DNA of 64,000 bases from Azolla caroliniana (taxonomy: Eukaryota; Plantae; Polypodiophyta). Every line of letters begins with the position of its first letter. Positions within the stretch are counted from its first letter, which is position 1. Positions 34,757 to 45,111 of the stretch are shown here, in pieces. The stretch spans positions 1,612,001 to 1,676,000 of the forward strand of contig JBHGNT010000014.1 of assembly GCA_043228905.1 (NCBI GenBank). The letters are read 5' to 3'. Position numbers and translations under genes: made by a program. The notes below the pieces were generated by a model, which did not search any database, was not told where the DNA came from, and was given only the letters and a program-made list of their open reading frames with translations.

Positions 34757-37700
34757 TTATAACATGGTCGTGTCAAGAGTTCGAATCTTGACATTATCCC
34801 CCCTCTTACGCCGCCGCCTTCCCAAATCGGCCGCTGGTTTGTGGGGATATCGGTGATGAAAATCTTGGACGACCTCTGGGGCATTTTGTAAATTTTCCGA
34901 TGGTTCCCATGTGGCCTCAGACATGGGGTAACCCCTCCATAGGACGAGGTATTGCAAGTGTCGACGGTGCCAACGTGAGTCAAGGATTTGGTCGACCTCG
35001 TATTCCTCCCCTGTCGTCAATTGCACAGGTGGTGGTGGTGGGGCTTGACGTCCTGGGAGTTGTGAAGCATAATGGGGTTCGAGGAGGGAGACATGAAAAA
35101 CATCGTGAATCCGGAAGTGGGATGGAAGGGCGAGCCGGAAGGCGACGGGATTGATGCACTCGATGATACGGAATGGTTCCAACTTCTTGTAATCAAGTTT
35201 CGCACATGGACGAGTAGTAGAGATGTGTCGACGTAACAACCAGACCATGTCTCCAACGACAAAGTGTGGAGTGGAAGATCGATGGCGATCAGCCTGCTTC
35301 TTGTATCGTTCATTAGCAAGACTAAGCTCCAAGGATAAATCATGATGTACTTCTTCCAAAATGCGGGCACGATCCTCCGCCGAAGGGTTCACGGAAGTGG
35401 TAGGAAGGGAAATGTTGAAGCGAGGATGTAAACCGTAGTTGGCAAAGAAGGGAGTGACGCCAGTCGATGCATGGAGTGAATTATTGTAGGCGAATTTCGC
35501 GAGCGAAAGTAAGTTGACCCAATCATCTTGTTGGTAACTAACCGAGCATCGAAGATACTGCTCAAGGATTTGGTTGACACGCTCCGTTTGCCCGTCAGTT
35601 TGGGGGTGATAAGAGGAGGACAACTTGACAGAGATGCCTAAAGTTTGTAGCAGGCGCTGCCAGAAGTGAGAGACAAACTGGGGTCCGCGATCCGAGATGA
35701 CATCATCGGGGAGTCCATGCAAGCGTACTACATTGTTGAGTAGGAGATGCACCATTCCTTCTCCGGAAATGGTTTTGGAGCATGGAGTGAAGTGAGCCAT
35801 CTTCATAAACCGATCGACAACGACCAACACCGAGTCATAGCTATTGACCAAGGGTAGATCAGTTATCAGGTCCATAGAGATAGAGGCCCAAGGACGACGA
35901 GGACATGGAAGCGGCTGTAGTAAGCCGTATGGCCGATGATGAATGGCTTTGGAGCGAGCACAAACCTCACAACTCTTTATGTATTCTTTGACCAGCTTCC
36001 ATGGTTGTGGCCACCAATACCCCCGAGAGATTAGCTCGAGGGTTTTCGCGACCCCGAAATGACCTGCAAGTGGGTCATCGTGGCATTCCCGCAACACCCG
36101 GGTGCGACATGGGCCCTCTGGGACGTATAAGAGATGATCTCGGAACAACAAACCCTCTTGTATGGTGAAGGTGTCAAGATCCTTCCTTTTGGTCGCCTTG
36201 GAGGGGTTTTGCAAACTATCTCGAATCTCGTTGGCGAACGCATTGGTCTTGGATGCATCAGTGATTTGTTGGAGTAAAGAATCATCCTGCAACATACAAG
36301 TGGCAAACAGATGCAATTGGTCGGGTTTCAACAAACGTCTAGATTGTTGAGCATAAGCAGCATCCCCAGGGCGGAGTGCAAGGTCAGCTCGGCGAGAAAG
36401 GGCATCAGCCTTCCCATGTTGGCCACCAGGTCGAAATACGATCTCAAAATCGTAGTCGGCGAGAAATGTAGACCAACGGGCCTGCCTTCGATTCAAAGTA
36501 CGAGTGGTGGAAAAATAAACTAAATTTTTATGATCAGTCACTACCTGGACACGATGTTGTGCGCCGGCCAAGTAGGGTCGCCATTCTTCAAAGGCAGCAA
36601 TGATAGCAGCAAGCTCCTTGTCGTAAATGGGATAATTGATTTCAGATGCCGTAAATTTTCGGGAATAGTAAGCCACTGGGTGCATTAGGTTGTTGTCGTC
36701 TGCTTGGGATAAGATGGCGCCAATGGCAAAGTCAGAGGCATCGGTTTCGACTTGGAAGGGTTTTGTGGGGTCGGCATGTAGCAGCACCGGGGCAGTGATG
36801 AATGCGTGTTTGAGTGAGTCGAACGCATTTTGTGCCTCCGAGGTCCATAAAAATGGAGTGCCTTTATGGGTGAGAGCGATAAGAGGTTGTGCTAGGGTGG
36901 AAAACCCCTTGATGAAGCGACGGTAAAAATTCGCGAAGCCGAGGAAGGATTGCACATCTTTAAGTCGCCTTGGAGTCGCCCACGCCTGAATGACAGAGAC
37001 CTTCATATCCATGGTGATGCCAGTGGGCGAGATGATGTAGCCCAGAAATTCGATCGAGGTACGGTCGAACTCGCATTTCTCGCTTTTGGCATAAAGGCCA
37101 TGCTCGCGAAGTTTGGCCAGAACTAATCGGACTTGGCGAGTGTGCTCCTCCATGTTTGGCGAGAAAATGAGAATATCATCGAGGTAAATGACAACAAAAA
37201 GATCAAGATATTCTCGGAAAATATCGTTCATCATATGTTGAAAAACTGCGGGAGCGTTAGTAAGACCAAAAGGCATTACCTTGTATTCGAAATGCCCATA
37301 CCGTGTTCGAAATGCGGTTTTCCATTCATCCCCCGGCTTGATGCGTACTAGATTGTACGCGCCATGCAGATCAACTTTGGAGAAGACACGCGCAACTCGG
37401 AGCCGATCAAGGAGTTCGGGGATCAAAGGTAGCGGATAGCGGTTGCGCACAGTGAGTTTGTTGAGACCTCGGTAGTCGACGCATAAGCGTAGAGAGCCGT
37501 CCTTCTTCTTCACAAATAAAATGGGGGCCCCGGCTGGTGACTTAGAAGGTTGAATAAAGCCTTTCTCGAGGTTCTCATCAAGATACACACGAAGGGCCTT
37601 CAACTCTGGTGCAGACAACGCATATAGAGGACCAAAGGGTGGACACGCACCTTCTTGAAGATCAATCGGACAGTCGTAGAGCCGGTGTTCAGGCAACCGA

Positions 37701-38284
37701 TCAGCATTACATTTTTCAAATACGTCGGAGAAGTGTTGGTATTTTTCAGGAATAACATGGAGTGTGTTAGAAATGGTGCCACAAACAAACCCATCCTGGA
37801 CGGATGATGGGGTAGTCAATTCGGAGTCGACCGTCTCCGAAGGATAGGAAACTGAATCTACCTTCATACTTTTGCACGAGCATCTTGGCTTGCTAAATGT
37901 GATCGAGCGGTTGCACCAATCCACTATTGGATTGTGCGCCTCCAACCACGTTAGTCCTAAGACGATGAGGTAAAAAGTGAGCTCCTCTTGGTGTGAGCCC
38001 ACCCGAAGCCCTAATGGGATTGTAGCTTGAGTAATTGCACCTGACGAGAGGACGCACCCGTCGATGGCTTCAACTGGAATGGGTTTTGAGAGGCCAACGA
38101 CAGGTACGCCATGTGCTTGGGCAAACGCGACGTCGATGAAGCAAGAAGATGCCCCAGAATCAAGTAAAGCAACAGACTGAATGGAACTAGAGTTAAACGA
38201 AAGCCATACCTCCAATGTGAAATTGCCTGATGGTCCGGCAATGGAACCAAGAGAATGTGGGCGACGGGAGATGTCCAGTTGCAT
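34757..38284 (-). CDS. pol: Chromovirus pol: protease, RT, RNaseH, integrase, chromodomain (1175-aa open frame)
   Basis: ALLDSGAS, LRLCVDYRGLN, MPFGLTNAP, YLDDILI, ETDASDFAIG, TDHKNL, HDDPLAGHFG, SDRGPQF, HPQTDGQTER, EYEVDQILDSR..YLVLWRGY..ATWEP. Confidence 0.9.
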   Translation of the reverse strand: MQLDISRRPHSLGSIAGPSGNFTLEVWLSFNSSSIQSVALLDSGASSCFIDVAFAQAHGVPVVGLSKPIPVEAIDGCVLSSGAITQATIPLGLRVGSHQEELTFYLIVLGLTWLEAHNPIVDWCNRSITFSKPRCSCKSMKVDSVSYPSETVDSELTTPSSVQDGFVCGTISNTLHVIPEKYQHFSDVFEKCNADRLPEHRLYDCPIDLQEGACPPFGPLYALSAPELKALRVYLDENLEKGFIQPSKSPAGAPILFVKKKDGSLRLCVDYRGLNKLTVRNRYPLPLIPELLDRLRVARVFSKVDLHGAYNLVRIKPGDEWKTAFRTRYGHFEYKVMPFGLTNAPAVFQHMMNDIFREYLDLFVVIYLDDILIFSPNMEEHTRQVRLVLAKLREHGLYAKSEKCEFDRTSIEFLGYIISPTGITMDMKVSVIQAWATPRRLKDVQSFLGFANFYRRFIKGFSTLAQPLIALTHKGTPFLWTSEAQNAFDSLKHAFITAPVLLHADPTKPFQVETDASDFAIGAILSQADDNNLMHPVAYYSRKFTASEINYPIYDKELAAIIAAFEEWRPYLAGAQHRVQVVTDHKNLVYFSTTRTLNRRQARWSTFLADYDFEIVFRPGGQHGKADALSRRADLALRPGDAAYAQQSRRLLKPDQLHLFATCMLQDDSLLQQITDASKTNAFANEIRDSLQNPSKATKRKDLDTFTIQEGLLFRDHLLYVPEGPCRTRVLRECHDDPLAGHFGVAKTLELISRGYWWPQPWKLVKEYIKSCEVCARSKAIHHRPYGLLQPLPCPRRPWASISMDLITDLPLVNSYDSVLVVVDRFMKMAHFTPCSKTISGEGMVHLLLNNVVRLHGLPDDVISDRGPQFVSHFWQRLLQTLGISVKLSSSYHPQTDGQTERVNQILEQYLRCSVSYQQDDWVNLLSLAKFAYNNSLHASTGVTPFFANYGLHPRFNISLPTTSVNPSAEDRARILEEVHHDLSLELSLANERYKKQADRHRSSTPHFVVGDMVWLLRRHISTTRPCAKLDYKKLEPFRIIECINPVAFRLALPSHFRIHDVFHVSLLEPHYASQLPGRQAPPPPPVQLTTGEEYEVDQILDSRWHRRHLQYLVLWRGYPMSEATWEPSENLQNAPEVVQDFHHRYPHKPAADLGRRRRKRGDNVKIRTLDTTML

Positions 38285-38289
38285 GGCTC

Positions 38290-39306
38290 CTACTGCAACC
38301 GAACGATGTCATTTTCCGGATGTTGGGGTCCGTTAGCTCTATGGAATTGTGGGCGAGTACTCCTAGGACAATGGCGAATGACATGACCGGAGGCGCCACA
38401 ATACATGCACAAGCCATTAGCCCGCCGAAATTGTCGTTCAACATCAGTCAATGGTCGAAATCGGGCTTGATCAATTTCCATGGGGACAGGAGCATCTGCC
38501 GAAGTAGGCGAGTGTGAGGATGCTTGGGGTTGTATGACCGGGGCGTGGCGTGGAAGTGAATGAGGTGGGAACCAAGTCCGGCGCTCTTCTTGGCGAAATT
38601 CGAAAAGACGATTGTCACAATGGACTGCTTGTGAAATCGCTTGGGATAACGAGGTGGGCTCTGGAAAGTTTAAGAGAAGATTCTTGACATTGCTTCGAAG
38701 ACCGCGCCGAAAGTGATCAGCTAAAGCTTGATCATCCCAATTGACGTCGCATGCTAGTTGTCGAAATTCGGAAGCATAGACCGAAGCTGCACGTGAACCT
38801 TGTTCGAGTGCATAAATCTTGTTAAGAGTTGTACGTCGTCGGTCCGTCTCTCAAAATGTGGCCTCTAACTCGGCGAGGAAGGCGGGAAAGTCCTCCAATA
38901 AAGGTGATGAGGTTTCTACCAATGGTGCAAACCAAGCTTGGGCCGGACCGGAGAGAAGGGTGCCCACAAGGCCGACTTGTCGAAGACCATCTCCATAACA
39001 TTGAGGTTGTAGCCGAATGATAAGTCGAACTTGGTTGATGAACCCTCGGAAACGCGACCTCGTTCCATCAAATTTTTCTGGGAGGCTAACCTTAGGCTCA
39101 AGAAACTGTGACGAAGCTAGGCTAGATGTTGGTAGAAGATCGGGCTCTAGGCTAGGTTGTTGTGGGAGACTAGGGTTCGGGGGTTGTGAGGATAGGGAGG
39201 TACCGACTTGAAGTTCTTGTAAAGAATTTCGAAGAGCTTCATTTTCAAGCTGTAGTTGTCGTAAGGCTACCATTATTTGGCCTAACTCACTAGTTGAGTC
39301 GGACAT
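38290..39306 (-). pseudogene. gag: Chromovirus gag with one in-frame premature TGA at 38851-38853
   Basis: LPEKFDGTRSRFRGF, PMEID and CMYCGASGHVIRHC. ORFs 38851-39306 and 38290-38481 are in the same frame and the frame is open between them. Confidence 0.85.
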
Positions 39307-39343
39307 AGCTATGGCTTATGAGAGGGAGAGCTATGAGGATGGG

Positions 39344-39354
39344 AAGGTGAACAA
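39344..39354 (-). promoter_or_regulatory. Self-priming PBS (TTGTTCACCTT), complementary to the predicted transcript 5' end
   Basis: Complementary to AAGGTGAACAA at 39459-39449, which starts 32 nt after the first T of TATAAATA (39491). Confidence 0.75.
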
Positions 39355-40431
39355 ACTGTCACGGATCATAAACTCAAGAGACAACGAAGAAGATAACCAA
39401 ATGGACAAGAAAGAATATAGTACTAAAGGAAAGACTCCATAACTGGTGTTGTTCACCTTGAATTCCTTCAAGGTGAACTCCTCTATTTATACTACATGGC
39501 ATGCATACTTGTTGCACGCATGTGAATCTACAATAGAGCATGTAGGTATGCATGCATGTGCCAAGTGTAAATACTACAAGGGAGCAACTATGCACATGAT
39601 GCTAGCAAAATAATAAGGAACAATTACATACATAACTAGTACTAGATATCTTGGTTAACTCATAATAGTAGATTATAACATGGTCGTGTCAAGAGTTCGA
39701 ATCTTGACACTCAGAGCGCAATACACCTCATTAGAAATCTAGTCTATCATGCGAAGATGAAACATATTGAGGTGCGGTTTCATCACATCTGGGAACTTGT
39801 AACAGCCAAGAAGCTCGAAGTCCGGAAGATCGACATTGAGGTGAACATCGCTGATTACCTGACGAAGGAAGCCATTCCTAGAACAACGCTCCGAAGCATT
39901 AAGGACAATGATGATACTATGACAAGCGACTAAGCAGAAGAATGTTGAATGAGGAGCAAAACATATCGAAGACTGACCCGATCAAACGAGCTGAAAGAGC
40001 AAAGTCCATAGAATCGGAATACCAAAAGGTTGAAGACCAAATACTGAGCAAGGATGCCGAGTGCCGACTGAAGAAGAGACGATCAAAGGGAGAACAAACA
40101 TGAAGATAGATCGAGGATCCAAGGAGGAGCACAAGGGCAAGCACGAGTGGAAAGCAGATGATTGACCTCAGATCTAGAAAAATGAGCCGATTGGGACGAA
40201 AGTTGATTCGAGCAAGTCGATTTGACCAACTTAGACAAGCTGACCCGGATGACATACAATCCGGACAACAAGCCAAATCAGGCTAGATCCCGACTGTACC
40301 TCTGCCGATTTTGCCATATGCCTATTGACTTGTACTCATAATTTTAGATTAAAATTGTAATCTAGGTTTATGGGGGAGATAACCCCATAGCATTGTATGT
40401 AGAAAGAGTAGAGTCCTTTTACGGGGGAGTT

Positions 40432-41104
40432 TGTTGGCATAAAAAGGCCAACTCCTTCTACCTTGTATCCTAAGTGTGAACACGTTCTTGTGGCAGGGCT
40501 TGACTATATAAGCTCACCCTAACATTGTGTTGGGAAAACAGGTCCCTTTCGATGGGAAGAAGAGCACGAGCCGAATCGAATGAAACCAATGGATAATTCG
40601 GTCGAGGTTGCCGAGAATCGATTGAATAATTGATTCGGGAGACTATATTTGTAAATAGTCTAGATGTGATCATTGAGGCTATATTTGTAAATAGTCTGCT
40701 ATGTATATGAGTATATATACACTTAGGGCAAGTAGTTAGTATGTAGTGTAGTTGAATCATTCTTGTATAGTTACACAAAAGGTTGCTGCCTTTGTAACTT
40801 AGAGAGAAAGAGAGAGAGAGTGGGAGTTAGCGTGTGTAACTTTGTAACCGTATGTCTGTCAGACGAGGAAGATCTCGAGGTCGTTGCCTCAGAGTTTCAT
40901 ATTGTACTTCCTCTCATCATAGTGATCTTGTTGGGGTTTGTGGACCACTGTGGTTTTTCCCTTTCGGGTTTTCCACATTAAATATCTATTCCTCATTTTT
41001 TAGTTTCTCGTTTTCTGTTCTTTCTTGTCTGTGCACTATCATTGTCATTTTTGCACCCGAACATACGCACGAGTAACCGGTTGTGTCTACTCACGATCCT
41101 AACA
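40432..41104 (+). repeat. Copia LTR preceded by a PPT and followed by a tRNA-iMet PBS
   Basis: GGGGGAGTT|TGTTGG...CCTAACA|AAG TGGTATCAGAGC (41108-41119). Confidence 0.85.
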
Positions 41105-44100
41105 AAGTGGTATCAGAGCTATGGAAGAGTCACTTGACGGCATGTTCAAACTTACCAACTCTGACTATTCAGTGTGGAAGTTGAAGATGCAGGACATGTT
41201 GGTGTGCAAACACATGTGGCTGCCGGTGCAGTTCGGCAAAAGCAAGCCAGACAAGATCGATGCATCGACTTGGGAAGTTATGCATCTGAAAGAGACAACA
41301 TATATAAGGTGTTTTATAGACATGAGTCTATACAATAGCTTTGATGAAGAGACGAGTGCCGATGTCATGTTCAAAAACAAAATCACCATTAATAGAGTAT
41401 CAGCCTTCCGGAAGATCGTGAGACTGAGGTATCAAGATGACTCCAGCATGATGGAACACATTAATGTCTTCCAAGGACTAATGAATCAGATCACTTCTCT
41501 AGAGGCACCTCGTCCCGATGAAGTATTAGCACTATTGTTGCTAAGATCCCTTCCGGACCAATGGGAGACGCTCGTAGTCACATTGGGCAACGCCGGACCG
41601 AAAGGGAAGCATCTGTCCCTAGAGCAAGAAAAGTCGAGCTTACGAAATCAGGAAGCTCGTCGAGAGGACCGAGAGTCCAATACTGACCCAAAGGCCTTAG
41701 TCACAGAAAGTGACACGAATCGAGGAAGAGGCTGAAATTGAACTCCCCAGAATCGAGATAAGTCGGGGACGAGGTCGAAGTCCAGGGGAAGGCCCACATG
41801 CTTCTATTGTGGGAATCCGGGGCACTTCCAAAAGAATTGCCGACACTTTCGAAAGGAGAAGGGAGAGCTGATGGTGTAGGTTCGAAGAAAATCCCGGACA
41901 GAAAGAACACCTCAACAATCGCCGCGAGTGAGAGGAGTTGCTATTCATCAGTGAACAGAATGAGGTCAACCTCGCCAGCGAAGAATCGAGGTGGGTGGTG
42001 GATTTAGGTGCGTTGTTTCACCTAACCCCCGACCGAAAGTGCTTCTCATCATACAAGGTCGGAGATCACGGTCTTGTAAAAATGAAATGAAGGAGCATGC
42101 CAAATTGTTGGCATAGGAGACGTGTGTCTGGTGACGTCGATTAGATGTCGACTAGTGCTAAATGATGTTCGACACGTTCTAGAAGTCAGATTGAACTTGA
42201 TATCAGCCGGTTGGCTGGATGACGAAGACTACATGGGTAGCATCTGGAATGGCCTCATGAAGTTCTACAAGGGAAAACTGATCGTGGCCCGAGTCCAAAA
42301 GAAAAACACACTATACTTGATGAATGCTTGATTATGCCGAGGTGAAGTAAATGTGGCAGCCGACATAGCCGGTGAGTTGTGGCACAAGAGGCTATGCCAC
42401 ATGAGCTAGAAGGGAGTGTAGATGCTAGTCGAAAAGGAACTCCTCCTGGAGTTAAAGAAAGTGCATTTAGATAAGTGTGTTGATTACTTGGTTGACAAAC
42501 AAAACATAGCCTCATTCTGATCGAGGCCCTTGATGAGGAAGAAAATGCCGGTCGAACTAGTGCATACGGATGTATGCTATGTGGATACAAAGTCGCATGC
42601 TATTTCATAGTACTTCGTGACCTTCATAAATGACTGTAGTTGGAAGTTGTGGGCTTCTGTGCTGAAGACAAAGGATTAGGTGTTGTCCGTCTTCATGGAG
42701 TTCCAAGCGAGGGCCGAGAGAGAAATCAACCGAAAATTGAAGGCAGTCCGAACGGACAATGGCGGAGAGTACCGCGGACCATTCGAAGTATGCTTGCACA
42801 TGCAAAGTTGTGGAAGATGTTTTGGGCTAAGGCACTGATGACGACAACGTATGTGATAAACCGATCACCCTCAGTACCCTTGGACGGTGATATTCCACAA
42901 AGGTGTGGAGCGGCAAAGACGTCTCGTACTGACATCTAAGGGTGTTCGGTTGTCTTGCCTATCTGCATGTTGCAAAGGACTAGAGGGGGAAGCTGGACCG
43001 GAAATCTCGGCCATGTATATTTCTTGGTTATGGCGGCGACGAATTCGGCTATTGACAATGGGACTTAGCCGAGAAGAAGGTAATTAGGAGCCGAGACATC
43101 GTCTTCATGGAAGAGAAGATGATTGTAGATTGGGAGATTGAGAATAAGTCTCCAATTACCGAATCGAGCCGAGTCAATGCTTGGCCTAATCAAGTAGAAG
43201 TCCATTCGATCGAAATTGAATACGAGCTAGTCACCCGATTTAATACTCGCCAAAATCGAGGGCTGACTGAAGAACAAGGTGTTGAGAATCGATTTGTAAA
43301 ACCACAAGATCAAACGATGCTGAAAATACACAACACAAGCACACAACACAAGCACACAATGACACAGTACACAGAGATTTACTTGGAAACCCTAAAACGG
43401 GAGAAAAACCACGGGAAAGTAAGCTTCACTATATAGTGGATATACAAGACAGAGATTACAACACTCTTTCTGAGTGTATCACCCTCATAGGGTTCTTGGC
43501 ATTTGCTATTACGCACACAGCTATGGCGCCTCTCTCTCTCTCTCTTTCTCTCTCTCGTGTCTCTCTTGCACACACTTCTATATGTTGTCATGCTTTCTAT
43601 GTTTGCCCTAGATGTATATATATATATATATATATATAGATATAGATATATTAATACATCGTGTTGACTGTTTACAACTGTAGCCATTGCTACATATCAT
43701 TACTATTATTATTACTATAATAATAATAATAATCTGTTTAAATAATCAATTCTCTGTTGTTGACTCTTCGACTGTTGGCTATTTCCAAACAGTTGGTTCC
43801 TTCGACTCTTCGACTCTTCGACTGTCGGCTACTTCCGAACAGTTGGTTCCTCCCATTGGAGGGACATATCGCCAACAAACTCCCCCTTCACTCCTGTGGG
43901 AGGGAGTCAGTCAATCCTGTCTTCTGTCGACAGACTCTAAGTCTATCCATAGGTAGGTTCTTCGTGAGCATGTCGGATCCATTGTTATCCATGTGTATCT
44001 TCACAAGTGTAAACTCTCCTTCTTCGACTTTCTCCCACAACCGGTGATACCTTCTCTGTATGTGCTTGGTTTGGGAGTGATATGCAACATTCTTGGCAAG

Positions 44101-45111
44101 ATGTATGACAATCTGGCTGTCATAGTGCAGCAAGAACTCCCTGTGCTTCATCCCTAGCTTGTTGAGAAAATTTCTCATCCATATCAACTCTTTGCCGGCC
44201 TCTACTGCTGCCATATAATCTACCTCTATAGTCGACAAGGCTTTAGACTTCTGTAGTCGTGATTGCCACGACATTGCTCCCCCTCCATAGGTCATCACGT
44301 ACCCCGACGTGGATCGGCTTGAGTCTACATCTCCCAACATGTTCGAGTCGGTAAAACCTTCCAGCATAGGTTTTCCAACACTATGGCACAACCGTGAAGT
44401 GCCTTTTAAGTACCTGAGTATTCACTTCCCCACTGCCCAATGTTCTCTTCTTGGATTACTCATATATCGGCTTATTGCTCCCACAACAAATGTTATGTCT
44501 GGTCTCATATAGACCATAGCATACATTAGACTGCCGACGGCCCAGGCATATGGTACCTTCCTCATCTTAGCCTTCTCCTTCTCCCCTTTCGGGCACTGCT
44601 TCGCATTCAACCTGCAGTTTGTCGGCAACACCGAGCCGACCGGCTTTGCATCTGACATGTTGAACCTTTCTAGGATCTTTGTCACATACTTTTGTTGTGA
44701 CAACCATAGCACCTTTTGAGTTCTGTCTCGAACTATGTGCATTCCTAAGATTTGTTTAGCCAGTCCAAGTTCTTTAATGGAAAATGACTTGCCTAGAGCT
44801 TTCTTCAAGCTTCCGATGTTTCTTGTGTCTTGACCAACTATCAACATGTCATCAACATATAACAAGAGAATCAAGAAGTGTCCTTCTTTGTACCTTTTGA
44901 CGAACACACAGTGATCGGCCTGTGTTTTCTAGAACCGGTGTTCCATCATGAAGGACTCGAACTTCTTGTACCATTGGCGTGGAGCTTGTTTTAGACCATA
45001 CAAGCTTTTCTTCAGTCGACACACCAGGTTCTCTTTCCCTTTCTCGTCAAAGCCTTCGGGTTGCTGCATATAGATTTCTTCTTCTAGCTCCCCGTGTAAG
45101 AATGCGGTTTT

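Larger units (their letters stand above)
34441..39709 (-). mobile_element. Young chromodomain-bearing Ty3/Gypsy (Tf1/Tcn1-like chromovirus)
   Basis: 353-bp LTRs at 34441-34793 and 39357-39709, identical by eye. 5-bp TSD CTCAG. Purine-rich PPT abutting 34794. No tRNA PBS. Confidence 0.95.
34041..40431 (+). mobile_element. Element D: 5'-truncated Ty1/Copia remnant (RT end and RNaseH at 34041-34440 and 39710 onward, 3' UTR, PPT), split by the chromovirus
   Basis: VGVVSRYMSNPG..HWDAVKHIFRYL, YTDFDYAG, IYCDSQ|SAIHL..KHIEVRFH; PPT GGGGGAGTT at 40423-40431. Confidence 0.8.
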
